This document shows positions 1 to 12,489 of a DNA stretch of 64,000 nucleotides, piece after piece. Position 1 is the stretch's first letter. Each line of letters begins with the position of its first letter. The position numbers and the translations under genes were made by a program. Source of the stretch: Octopus sinensis. Taxonomy: Eukaryota. The notes below the pieces were generated by a model. It was not told the origin of the DNA. It searched no databases and was given only the letters and a program-made list of their open reading frames with translations. The stretch is taken from assembly GCF_006345805.1 (NCBI RefSeq), contig NW_021833774.1, positions 12,572-76,571 of the forward strand, written 5' to 3'.

Positions 1-201
1 TACCTCTACATGTATATATACATGCATATATGAGTACAGGACACCAAAAAAACGTCAATCACAATGAGAAACTAAAACATTGTTTAAGAAAAATGTCCAG
101 TTCCTTGGGTTTGTGTCTATGTTTTCGTTTCTCATTGTGTTCGAGGTTTTTTTTTGGGTGTCCTGTACTCATATATGCATGTATATATACATGTAGAGGT
201 A
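1..201. repeat. Fold-back (MITE-like) inverted repeat, left arm cut by the window edge
   Basis: 1-45 (tacctctacatg...caggacacc) is the exact reverse complement of 157-201; the imperfect match continues about 30 bp inward. The same terminus recurs near 5325-5360. Confidence 0.8.
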
Positions 202-247
202 GGTACGTACATATATGTATATATATATGCATATATTTTATTTATTA

Positions 248-296
<49 letters not shown>

Positions 297-448
297 CATA
301 TATACGAAGGAAATGAGAAAAAGAAGAAAAGAACATTTGCTTTAACACCTTTTCTTATCTTAAAAAATCATCAGTTTTGAAATTCATTTTTTTAAATTCA
401 ATTTGAGAACCTGTGTTATACAATAATTGACGCAGTTTGTTTCACCAA

Positions 449-749
449 CCAATCAGATTTCGATATATTCTCAACCCTGATTACTCATCGTCATCATCAT
501 TGTTATTATTATTATCATTGTTATTATTATTAACATTGTTATTATTACATGAAATACCACAATAAAATTTGCTTTCTATGGCTCTTAGTTACCTCAGGAG
601 ATCATATTCTTTTACTTTGTATTTCTCATAAAAGCTTTCGTTATATAAAGGTGTGAGACTCGGGGAAGATTGTCAAACGATCATCTTTGGATCGCGAGCT
701 GCTGTCTGAATTTTATCGTTTACGAAGAGACGAAAAAGCGTTTCCAGCC
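449..749 (+). promoter_or_regulatory. Promoter/5'UTR cassette A (CCAAT 449-453, TATATAAA 642-649)
   Basis: The motifs are conserved in the same order in the paralogous cassette at 26611-26861; TATA lies 108 nt upstream of ATG 750. Confidence 0.65.
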
Positions 750-977
750 ATGGCCATCAAATATCTTCTGTTTGTGGTCATTTGTCTTGGCGTTGCCAGA
801 CATGCCTATGCCGTAGATTTGACACTAAAATCTGGTGAAACCAGCAATGCTGTCATCGATGCAACCATAAAGAAAATCAGAGACAATTGTATTCTGGCAC
901 AAGATTATTTTTTCCTGAAACGGTTGTCAGTGGCCCAGATGAATTCTATCGCAGCAACAACTGGTGGAATATGGAGG
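750..977 (+). CDS. Orphan first coding exon (1A): signal peptide + start of the N-terminal domain; paralog of exon 26862-27089
   Basis: Open 76 codons MAIKYLLFVVICLG...GGIWR, phase-0 donor AGG|GTAAAT, 52/76 aa identical to exon 1B. No paralogous downstream exons found before 26 kb. Confidence 0.75.
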
Positions 978-1039
978 GTAAATACCAGATTTGCACGTAT
1001 ACACACATATATTATTTTTCTTTTTATTTTACCTAGTTT

Positions 1040-1400
1040 CAGCTCACGAGCTGTGGCCATGGTGGGGCACCGCCATTTGGAGTTGCTACATGATTTTACT
1101 TTACGAATGCTTTTTAGCAATTGCCATTTGGTGCATGAGAGAGTTCGATGCAGCTGCCCTCATCTGCACCTCCTGCCGTGAAGTTGGTTCATCTGGGACA
1201 CCTGACAGGAAGAGATCCAGTTTTATTTTAAAGACATCTGTATCCACCCCATGCAGGTCTCTCAGGTTCTTCAGGAGGATATTGAAGGGCTGTGGGCATC
1301 TGAAGCCCAGGTTATCCAAGTATCTTGTCCTACATCTTGATGGCAAATTTGGAGTCCTTGGCACTATGCAGTGGCGTCCAGTTCTAGCATTTGTGTAACA
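1040..1400 (-). mobile_element. 3' fragment of a CR1/Crack-like LINE ORF2
   Basis: The minus-strand ORF GRHCIVP...LGFRCPQPFNILLKNLRDLHGVDTDVFKIKLDLFLSGVPDEP resembles the C-terminus of CR1-group LINE ORF2. Confidence 0.65.
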
Positions 1401-1544
1401 CTCGATGCCAAAGCTTGGACCCAATCAAATACATGCACACACGTATACACGCATACGCAAACTGATGCATATGCATCTTTGTGCATACCTTACCTGTGTG
1501 AGTTAGAATGTAAGTCTTTTTAGAAAATTGAACGATAGTTAGAC

Positions 1545-1659
1545 ACAAAGAGTATAGATAGATAGATGGATAGATGGATAGATGGATAGATGGATAGATG
1601 GATAGATGGATAGATGGATAGATGGATAGATAGAGAGATAGATAGATAGATAGATGGAG

Positions 1660-1719
<60 letters not shown>

Positions 1720-1768
1720 GGATAGATAGATAGATAGATAGACAGACGGATGGATGGATGGATGGATG

Positions 1769-1814
<46 letters not shown>

Positions 1815-1884
1815 GAGATAGATGGATAGATAGAGAGATAGATAGAGAGATAGATAGATAGATAGATGGATAGATGGATAGATG

Positions 1885-1924
<40 letters not shown>

Positions 1925-1925
1925 T
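1545..1925. repeat. (GATA)n/(GATG)n microsatellite
   Basis: Direct reading. Confidence 0.95.
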
Positions 1926-1940
1926 ATGTGTGTGTGTGTG

Positions 1941-2240
1941 TGGAGGCGCAATGTCCCAATGGTTAGGGCAGCGGACTCGCGGTCGTAGGATCGCGGTTTC
2001 GATTCCCGGACCAGGCGTTGTGAGTGTTTATTGAGCGAAAACACCTAAAGCTCCACGAGGCTCCGGCAGGGGGTGGGGTGATCCCTGCTGTACTCTTTCA
2101 CCACTCTTTCTATCACTCTTTCTTCTGTTGGCCTGCTCGCTTAGCCAGCGGGGTGGCGTCATTTGAAGGTTAAACAATGCGAAGCGCATTGTGACCAGCG
2201 ATGTGTAGCAACATCTGATAGCCTGGTCGGTCACGGTGTA
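1941..2240 (+). mobile_element. tRNA-derived SINE, family B
   Basis: A/B-box-like head (ggaggcgcaatg...tggttagggcagcgg...gtttcgattccc); related copies at 13900-14066(-), 34440-34705(-), 59717-59985(+) and 60013-60300(+). Confidence 0.8.
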
Positions 2241-2487
2241 TGCGCATGTGTTTAAATAACTCAAGTAATTTGTACGCCTCAACCTCTTTCTCTGTATTTA
2301 TCTATTTAATATATGCATGACTGTATGTGTATGTATGTATTACAAATATACATACATATATATATATATATATGTGTGTAGATACATCTATATATATATA
2401 TATGTATATGTATGTATACATATATATATATATATATACGTATATATATGTATATATATGTAGATACGTGTATATGCATATATATAT

Positions 2488-2544
<57 letters not shown>

Positions 2545-2679
2545 TATGTATATGTATATATATATATATGTATATGTAAATATATATATAAGTATATGTA
2601 AATATATATATATATGTAAATATATATACGAATTCAATCACTTACCGTTAATAGCGGACATATGTTTCTGGATCGCAAA

Positions 2680-3937
2680 TGAGGTGAAACAGCCTGCTGT
2701 TAGCCTTCTTATTTTTTCTTTACTATATACTGAACCTTACAAAGGTCTAGACAATTAATTTGTCGTATTTACATACCGAAATTTACCGGTAAATAATTGT
2801 TGGTTACATGATAAACCACAGGAAAATTATTTACCATTTTTATTGAATTACCATGTGGATTCCTCATTCCATTACGATTACCCAGAAAGCGCGCATGGCA
2901 GAATTTTGGAGGGAAAATTTACGTTCCCAGTCGCCACTTAGTTTTAACATCTGCACTTTCCCCCCACTATCTGATGTCGCTGGGTCAGAAGTGAGGGCTA
3001 GTGGCATTTAGTAAAACTATCGAATATAGCGCCGATGACGGAATTCAAACTGTTTCCACGTTTGCGATCCAGAAACATATGTCCGCTATTAACGGTAAGT
3101 GATTGAATTCGTATATTTGCCACTCCGGTTTTGTGTATGTGAGCCGTAAGGGCCTTCGTTTTTGGATTCTCCACTTATAGAAATTGGAAAAACGGTCTTT
3201 GACTGCCATTTCTAATTCCTTCGGTATGAGGTGAAACAGCCTGCTGTTAGCCTTCTTATTTTTTCTTTACTATATACTGAACCTTACAAAGGTCTTGACA
3301 ATTAATTTGTCGTATTTACATACCGAAATTTACCGGTAAATAATTGTTGGTTACATGATAAACCACAGGAAAATTATTTACCATTTTTATTGAATTATCA
3401 TGTGGATTCCTCATTCCATTACGATTACCCAGAAAGCGCGCATGACAGAATTTTGGAGGGAAAATTTACGTTCCCAGTCGCCACTTAGTTTTAACATCTG
3501 CACTTTCCCCCCCATATCTGATGTCGCTGGGTCAGAAGTGAGGGCTAGTGGCATTTAGTAAAACTATCGAATATAGCGCCGATGACGGAATTCAAACTGT
3601 TTCCACGTTTGCGATCCAGAAACATATGTCCGCTATTACGGTAAGTGATTGAATTCGTATATTTGCCACTCCGGTTTTGTGTATGTGAGCCGTAAGGGCC
3701 TTCGTTTTGGATTCTCCACTTATAGAAATTGGAAAAACGGTCTTTGACTGCCATTTCTAATTCCTTCGGTATGAGGTGAAACAGCCTGCTGTTAGCCTTC
3801 TTATTTTTTCTTTACTATATACTGAACCTTACAAAGGTCTTGACAATTAATTTGTCGTATTTACATACCGAAATTTACCGGTAAATAATTGTTGGTTACA
3901 TGATAAACCACAGGAAAATTATTTACCATTTTTATTG
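2680..3937. repeat. Tandem repeat, ~546-bp unit, ~2.3 near-identical copies
   Basis: tgaggtgaaacagcc starts at 2680, 3227 and 3772. Confidence 0.95.
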
Positions 3938-4074
3938 TAAATATATATAGATATATTTACATATATATATATGTACATATATATATATATATATATATAT
4001 TTACATATATGTAAATATATATATATGTAAATATATATAGATCTATCTACATATATATATATATATATATTTAC

Positions 4075-4150
<76 letters not shown>

Positions 4151-4220
4151 TATAGATATATTTACATATATATATTTACATATATATATATATATATAAT
4201 ATATTATATATATATTTAAA

Positions 4221-4267
<47 letters not shown>

Positions 4268-4455
4268 GTTATTTTCTCGTGTTCCTTTCTGTTGAAGAGC
4301 GTATGCTCCAATCGTAAAAGACTATCTCACCTTCCCGAGTGTAAAACTAATACACCTGTTGTTTACCTACCTGTCTTCGTCTTTTGTTGTATTGTAAATT
4401 ATAACTATATATATATATACATATACCTATATATATATTTATATATACATATACA

Positions 4456-4487
<32 letters not shown>

Positions 4488-4531
4488 TTACACACCTGTC
4501 TTCAATTTTTGTGTGTGAATTCCGACTATAT

Positions 4532-4566
<35 letters not shown>

Positions 4567-4631
4567 ATATATGTATATATATATGTGCATATGTATATAT
4601 ATAAATAAGTATATATATATATGTATGTAAT

Positions 4632-4671
<40 letters not shown>

Positions 4672-5093
4672 GTATGTATGCATGTATGTATGTATGTATG
4701 TATGTATGTATGTATGTATGTATGTATGTGTATATACGTTTATTAATTTATATTGCATGATTCCTGATGTGAAACCGTGTGTTGAAACATATATTGTATT
4801 TCGGGATGGTCATGTTTTCCTGTGCCAAATAAACACACGCACTGTATATTCGTTCTTCGCTCGATCATTACTGTTCTCATTCTAACTCATGTCCATTGTC
4901 CGGAAATCTTTCGTCACTCATCTGTGACCTCTTCAGCGACGCTTACCGTCTTCGCATATGTTCTTGCTCCGCTTAGAATAGAATAAGCGATGCAAGCGCA
5001 CAGTAATAAAGAACAGGAATAAACAAGTGAAGAATGAATCTATAGTACGTTTGTTTATTTGAAAAAAATCTTCTCCGGAATACTACAATATAT

Positions 5094-5485
5094 AGGCGCA
5101 GGAGTGGCTGTGTGGTAAGTAGCTTGTTTACCAGCCACATGGTTCCGGGTTCAGTCCCACTGCGTAGCACCTTGGGCAAGTGTCTTCTACTATAGCCTCG
5201 GGCCGACAAAAGCCTTGTGAGTGGATTTGGTAGACGGAAACTGAAAGAAGCCCGTCGTATATATGTGTGTGTGTGTTTGTGTGTGCGTGTATGTTTGTGT
5301 ATCTGTATATGTATTTGTATATATACATGTAGAGGTAGGTACGTACATATATGAATGTATATATGCATATGTTATATATATATATATATTTACTCTTTTA
5401 CTTTTTTACTTGTTTCACCAGCATCGGTTGTCAAGCAATGCTAGGGGGACAAACACACCACACACACATATATATATATACATAT

Positions 5486-5570
<85 letters not shown>

Positions 5571-5716
5571 TACGTCTACCAAATCCACTCACAAGGCATT
5601 GGTCGGCCCGGGGCTATAGCAGAAGACACTTGCCAAAGATGCCACGCAGTGGGACTGAACCCGGAACCATGTGGTTGGTTAGCTAGCTACTTACCACACA
5701 GCCACTCCTGCGCCTA
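5094..5716. mobile_element. Two partial SINE family A copies (5094-5300 +, 5389-5716 - with internal deletion)
   Basis: Head aggcgcaggagtggctgtgtggtaag...ggttcagtcccactgcg is shared with more than 10 copies in the window. Confidence 0.85.
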
Positions 5717-5880
5717 TGATGATTTGATTTTATTTTATTCTTTCGTTCAGATCGAAAATCGCAATTAATCTTGAAATTTCGTAAAATCCATTATTTGCAC
5801 TGTTTATAATACCGGACCTGAAGGAGATTTGGCTGCTATTTCTACAAGTTTGAGGCTCCTCATTGGCGCGCTATTATTAC

Positions 5881-5921
<41 letters not shown>

Positions 5922-6928
5922 TGATTGTAATTAAAGTTGTAATTAAAGCTGCAATTAATGTTGTGAGAATGTTTAAATAGTAAAGAACAATGTAATCGAA
6001 TTGTGTAGTGAAGGATGAGGTGGTGTTGTGTGCTGTAAAATGAATAATTGGACAAATAATTAAGCAAAATTCACGCAAGTAACAAGGATGTAGCGACCTA
6101 TTCAAAGGTAGAAACCCCGGGTTAAGGTGCAGTAATTTGTATAGTATAAGTGAATAAATGGAGTTGAACGCAGGAGTTATTCAAATCCTTTTACATTCGA
6201 CATATGTTTCTAAGACAACATTGGTTTTATTCCAAAGGAATAAACGGTGTAAAATAATGTAATCTTTTCATCAGGAAAGAAAGAGAACCTATCTCAACAA
6301 GACATTATAACAATTTTGATGACTGCATAAATGATAAACAGAATGCTATTGAGTATTTTTAAAATAACCATTTGTATATCTGTCGTCAAAGGAAGACTAT
6401 AGGAAGAGAAGGGGTAAAGAAATAATAAGTAGACAACAAATATATATATGTGCATATATAGAAAATAGTAAAAAGTGAAAAAAACTACAGAAGGCTTGTT
6501 TTAAAAGGTTAAAAAATATATTTGAGTCATTATGTCAGAAGAATGTTATAAAATTTTTTCATACAGTGACATAATTTTTGAAGAAATTACCGGTTTCGTG
6601 TTAACTTTACAAATTTCTCAAAACATCGTGTTATGTCTTCGTTATGAAGTGTAAAGGAGAGTTCCAGGTAAGGGGAGGTAATAAGTGATTTCTTCCGGTG
6701 TAAGGGAGATAATCGCTTTATATTTCTTGTCCCTTTTATTTAATGGGGTGAGTTTCTCTGTATAAGAATATTAGAGTGGTTAAGTTTGGGCTTTTATTTT
6801 TCAATAAAGAATGTTTCCTTGTTTAGTCTAATTTGTGTTGGTGTTCCAATAGCACATTCATAAAATGGAAAGATTAAAGATTGTGGTAGTAGTTGCTTTG
6901 CGCATTTCTCAATATGCTCATATATATA

Positions 6929-7186
6929 TATACAAACACGCGCTTATATATATGTGTGTGTATATACACACACACCCCACACACCCCATATATATATATA
7001 TATATTACTCATTACTCTTTTACTTGTTTCAGTCATTTGACTGCGGCCATGCTGGAGCACCGCCTTTAGTCGAGCAAATCGATCCCGGAACTTATTCTTT
7101 GTAAGCCCAGTACTTATTCTATCGGTCTCTTTTGCCGAACCGCTAAGTGACGGGGACACAAACACACCAGCATCGGTTGTCAAGCA

Positions 7187-7252
<66 letters not shown>

Positions 7253-7293
7253 GCGTGTGTGTGTTTGTGTGTCTTTGTTTGTCGTATATATGT

Positions 7294-7340
<47 letters not shown>

Positions 7341-7625
7341 TGTGTGGTGTGTATTTGTGTGTCTGTGTTTGTCCCCCTAGCATTGCTTGACAACCGATGC
7401 TGGTGTGTTTATGTCCCCGTCACCAAGCGGTTCGGCAAAATAGACCGATAGAATAAGTATTGGGCTTACAAAAGAATAAGTCCCGGGGTCGAGTTGCTCG
7501 ATTAAAGGCGGTGCTCCAGCATGGCCGCAGTCAAATTACTGAAACAAGTAAAAGAGTATATATATGGGGTGTGGAGTGTGTGTGTGTATACACACACATA
7601 TATATAAGCGCGTGTTTGTATGTTT
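6929..7625. repeat. Inverted pair of SINE-A 3' halves plus flanking sequence
   Basis: About 6929-7190 is the reverse complement of about 7370-7625, with a (TG)/(TA) spacer between. Confidence 0.8.
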
Positions 7626-7699
7626 GTATTTATGTACACATACAAACATATAGAAAACATACACACATACACAAACACAGATGTATATATATATATATA

Positions 7700-7940
7700 T
7701 TACTCTTTACTCTTTTACTTGTTTCAGTCATTTGACTGCGGCCATGCTGGAGCACCGCCTTTAATCGAGCAACTCGACCCCGGGACTTATTCTTTTTTTT
7801 TTGTAAGACCAGTACTTATTCTATCGGTCTCTTTTGCCGAACCGCTAGATAACGGGGACATAAACCCACCAGCATCGGTTGTCAAGCAATGCTAGGGGGA
7901 CAAACAAAGACACACAAACATACACGCACACACATATATA

Positions 7941-8018
<78 letters not shown>

Positions 8019-8185
8019 TACGACGGGCTTCTTTCGGTTTCCGTCTACCAAATCTTCTCACAAGGCTTTGGTCGGCCTGAGGCTATAGTAAAAGATACTT
8101 GCCCAAGGTGCCACGCAGTGGGACTGAACCCGGAACCATGTGGTTGGTAAGCAAGCTACTTACCACACAGCCACTCCTACGCCTA
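7700..8185 (-). mobile_element. SINE family A, full length
   Basis: tRNA-like head, internal (TA)/(CA) microsatellite, (GAGTAAAA)n tail. Confidence 0.9.
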
Positions 8186-8508
8186 TATATATTGTATGTA
8201 TTTTTGTACGTCTACATGTGAGTCCTTAATTCCTTAAATCCTTAAAAATGTTTTAGCCCGAATGCCGCGGCCATGCTGGGGCACCACCGCTGAGTATATA
8301 AAGATCCTCCAGAAGACTTCCAGAAACCCACACCGACGCATCACGCATTCTCACACACTTTAAACATCCTATACCAGTTAAATCGCTGAAACACGTCATC
8401 CATTATTAAACTTGGGAAATATTTCACCTGATTATATTGTAATGAAAATAAACACGTATATATATAAAATATAATATATGAATTATATATATATAAAATA
8501 TGAATCAT

Positions 8509-8558
<50 letters not shown>

Positions 8559-8594
8559 ATTATATATAATATATATATATATATATTATATATA

Positions 8595-8977
8595 TATAAA
8601 AGTGAAGTTGTGTGAGTGTCTGTCTCCTGCGATTTAGATTCCTAACTACTCCCACATTTTGCGATGCAGTTTAACCAAAACCGGGTATCTTATAGTCGCG
8701 ATTCATATCGAGCCCTTCTGGGTATTAGCGCGCGTCTACGATGAGTCTACGATTTAAAAAAAATTACCATCATTTTTGTCCATTTTAATGCATTTTTGTC
8801 GCTATTATAAAAGGGAAGTAACTCTCTAAAAATGTCTACGATGAGTCAACGATTTTTAAAAAAAATTACCATCATTTTTTTTCCATTTCTAATGCACTTT
8901 TTGCTATTTTTGGGCTATAACTCTCTTATATAGTTATTTCCCTTACAAACCCGAGCAACGCCGGGCGATACTGCTAG
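8595..8977 (+). mobile_element. Non-autonomous Helitron; 5' end merged into (TA)n
   Basis: Homologous to 42561-42950; ends CCCG-agcaacgc-CGGG...CTAG|T. Confidence 0.8.
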
Positions 8978-9279
8978 TATATATATATATATGTAAGAAA
9001 AATAAAACGGAAAATACGCACACTTACATGGTTATGGTATAATTTTTTAAGTATTAATGTATTATAGGTATATTTTTAATGGATACATTAATAATTATAC
9101 TATAACCATGTAGGTGCGTATTTTCGTTTTTTTATTTTCTTATATCCATTACAATCCACCACGTGGGGACAACCGAAATTCCTCTTTTTCTGTTACTTCT
9201 ATATGTACGTATATATCTATATATATCTCTTATACAGTTATATCATATCATATATATAGTATATATATATTATATTATA

Positions 9280-10480
9280 TCAGGTCATCACATAAGTTCT
9301 GTCCGACTTTACCTTTTTTTAAGTTGAATGAAATTTAATAGTATTTTAGAATGTCTCATGAATTAAAAAAATATTTTTATGCATTTGTCTACATTTAAAC
9401 TAATTAATATTATTTTACAGAATAATAGAATTAAAATTTTTTTGATTAAAACCCTTTCTAACATGGAAGTATCCAAAGAGCATTTGAGGCATATAATGCT
9501 TTATGAGTACAAAAATGGAAACTCTACAGCCGAAGCGACTCAAAACATACACTCATTTATGGGAAAGAATGCTTGAATGAAAGAACTTGCAGAAGATGTC
9601 TTGCAAAATTCAGAAGTGGAGATTTCAGCCTTGAAGATGATGTTCGAACGGGACGTCCAGTTGAGTTTGATGATAAGCTCTTTGAGGCATTACTTGAAGA
9701 AAATCCTGCATTATCAGTTGAAGAATTGGCAATAAAGCTTAGTTCAAATCATACAACAGTTCATCGTCATCTTCAACAACTTGGAAACGTTCCTGAACTT
9801 GGAAAATGGTGCCTCATGAATGTCCGAAAGCAACCGCAAATCCTGAATTGACATCTGCTCTTCTCTCCATTGTCGCGAACTCATTTCAACCCTTTTTGGA
9901 TAGACTTGTGACTGGTGACGGAAAATCGATCTTCCATCGAAATGTTAGACGTCGTAAACAGTGGCTTGGAAAACGGGAAAAAGCTCAACCACAACCGAGA
10001 AGGGAACTTCATGGGAAAAGTTCTTTTCTCTCTAAATGGTGGGATTGCAAAAGAGTAATTCACTTTGATTGTTCCACCTAATGCCACAATCAATGCTCAA
10101 GTCTACTGTCTGCGATTAAGCATTTGAACGAAGCTTTAAAGAAAAAAAAATCGCTTTTGTGAATCGAAAAGGAGTGATGTTTCATCAGGACAATGCGCCA
10201 CCCCCACACTACAAGATCACATTACAGAAGATCGAAGAGCTTGGTTGGGAAGAAATTCCCTCATCCCACTTATTCTACCGACCTTGCTCCTTCAGACTAC
10301 CATTTGTTTCGTAGTTTACAGAACCATTTGGGGGACAACTTTCGCAAACCAGGAGGAGGTCGAAACTGACATTTCAGAGTTCTTCGCTTTGAAACCAAAA
10401 GAGTTTTACATTGATGGGATTAAAAAGCCTGTAAATAGATGGAAGGAAGTCATAGATATTCAGGGAAAGTACATTGTTCC
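9280..10480 (+). mobile_element. Decayed mariner transposon (transposase pseudogene from ATG 9463); right TIR not found
   Basis: TA|TCAGGTCATCACATAAG left end; frameshifted ORFs with HTH, WVPHE, LVTGDG, HQDNA and Y-S-x-DLAPSDYHLF mariner motifs. Confidence 0.9.
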
Positions 10481-10904
10481 GGGTTCAGTCCCACTGCATG
10501 GCATCTTTATTCTATTACTTTCATCTGGTAAAACAACTGCAAAAATATGCGGGGTGTTTATAGCGAACCGGAAAGTAGTTGTCTGGCACATTGCGCCTTG
10601 CATTGCTGTATCATTGTTAATATTTTATAAAGAGTAAAGGTGTGTGGTCTTGTGGTTAGGAACAAAGCACAGCGTGTGATGTCATGTGTTCAGGAGACAA
10701 ACAAGGACCAGATGAAAGTAATAGAAATAAAGGTTGTCTAGGTATGCAACGTGACATGTTTCCGCTGGCCAATTGTTCGTTCTCCTGGTTTCTTATTTTA
10801 TCTGAACAATGGCTGGCTATCCTTTTCACTAGGTACTGGCCAAATAATGATTATAATAATTTGAACTTAGAACGTAGCTTCAAACGAAATACCTTTTTTT
10901 TTAT

Positions 10905-11165
10905 TACCAACAGGCGCTAAAACCAGAGAGGACAAACAAGGACAGACACGCGGATTAAGTCGATTATATCGACCCCAGTGCGTAACTGCTACTTAATTTA
11001 TCGACCCCGAAACGATGAAAGGCGAAGTCGACCTCGGCGTAATTTGAACTCAGAACGTAACGGCAGATGAAATACCTATTTCTTTACTGCCCACAAGGGG
11101 CTAAACACAGAGAGGACAAACAAGGACAACAAACGGAATTAAGTCGATTATCGACCCCAGTGCGT
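10905..11165 (-). mobile_element. SINE family D fragments (two tandem units)
   Basis: Reverse complement of the gtcgactttgcctttcatcctttcggggtcgataaa unit seen at 38722-39320. Confidence 0.75.
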
Positions 11166-12489
11166 ATCTGGCATATACTAGAACATATTTGCCCAAGGTG
11201 CCATATAGTGGGACCGAACCTGAAATCATATGGTTGTAAAAATGAGCTTCTTAACCCCACACTCATCCCTGTATGGTTAAAGCAGCGACTTTTTAAAATA
11301 TCGAGATTATCCCGCTTTGGAGATTTTAATTGTAAAACAATCGTGAGCCTTCTGAATATGCAACTCCCTACATAGTACATCCTTGGCCTCTCTTGCCCCT
11401 TTGTAAGCCGACATGTTTATTTTAGGGCGCTACTGTCATGTTAAGTACCGCTGGGTTTGATTTGTTAGACGAATACCCTTTAACGAGGTGCTCTAACATG
11501 GCCGCAATCCATAACTGAAAGAAAGTAAATGAAAAAAGTATTTGTTGTATTTAGGAATGGTCACTTTGCCAGTTTAGCCAATAAAACACACACACTATAT
11601 ATTTGGTGTTACTTTGCTTCAGCGTTATTTAATTTTTACATTAATCTTAATTTTATTTCGGCCAGAGTTCTTTCGTCAACTCCTGTGACCGCATCAGTGG
11701 TCCTTTGTTTTCTTCTTTCTTATTTGTGTGTCTCTCCTTACTAACCGTCAGTCATTTTAATTAATTTCCAGTGTACTCTCTCAAGGATATGCCTAGCATG
11801 GACCCCTCATGGCCCTTGCGTCGTATGGCATCATCCAGCTTTGTTTCAAGCACAAACCCTTCACCGAGGTAAATACCAACAAGCCTGCTCTTATTCCCTT
11901 CGAGATTTCATTTTCCAAATCTCGGTGCATATTCATTGTGTTCCCGTAAATAGAATACTGCTTTAGCTCGTCGAGCGGAAGGGAACGATGTGATCGCAGA
12001 GTAGCGATGGCACAAGTTCCGTAGGGTGGTCATGTCGTCGCAAGTTCAACGGATAAATGAGAACCGTACAGTTGTTGAGTTTGTATCCAGGAGATCGGGA
12101 AAAATATCACTTGGAATGCCTCCACGACGAAAGAAAGAAAATTTAATCAAGCCATTTCGGTCAAGGTGGAAAAGAATGGCACAATCGAATTGGAAGCGCA
12201 TTGGAAGCGCATTGTGGCCAGCGATGTAAAACAGCATGTGATGATCCGGTCGATCACCACCTTCAACCCACCACCACCACTGCCCATTTGGTTTGTGTTA
12301 CAATATTTTCTTGACTGTGGGCTCTGAGTTCCATTCCTGCTGAGGTCAATTTCTCCTTTCACTCTTTCGGGGATTCATAAATAAAATAACTTCGGTGGTA
12401 GATCGTGGTTTGTTATGGTCTCGTGTGGGAAGTTTGGTTGGCGTCTGTGCGGTACTCGAGATTTAGAGTTCAAATCCAACCTCATGAGA

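Noticed and set aside
687-1181. 164-aa ORF as a single-exon gene
   Set aside because: It starts at TTG in the 5'UTR and reads past the conserved donor at 978 into a LINE fragment; only 750-977 matches the paralog.
1941-2015. tRNA genes (here and at other SINE heads, e.g. 14119, 52860)
   Set aside because: The A/B boxes continue into SINE bodies with multiple diverged copies; no clean cloverleaf.
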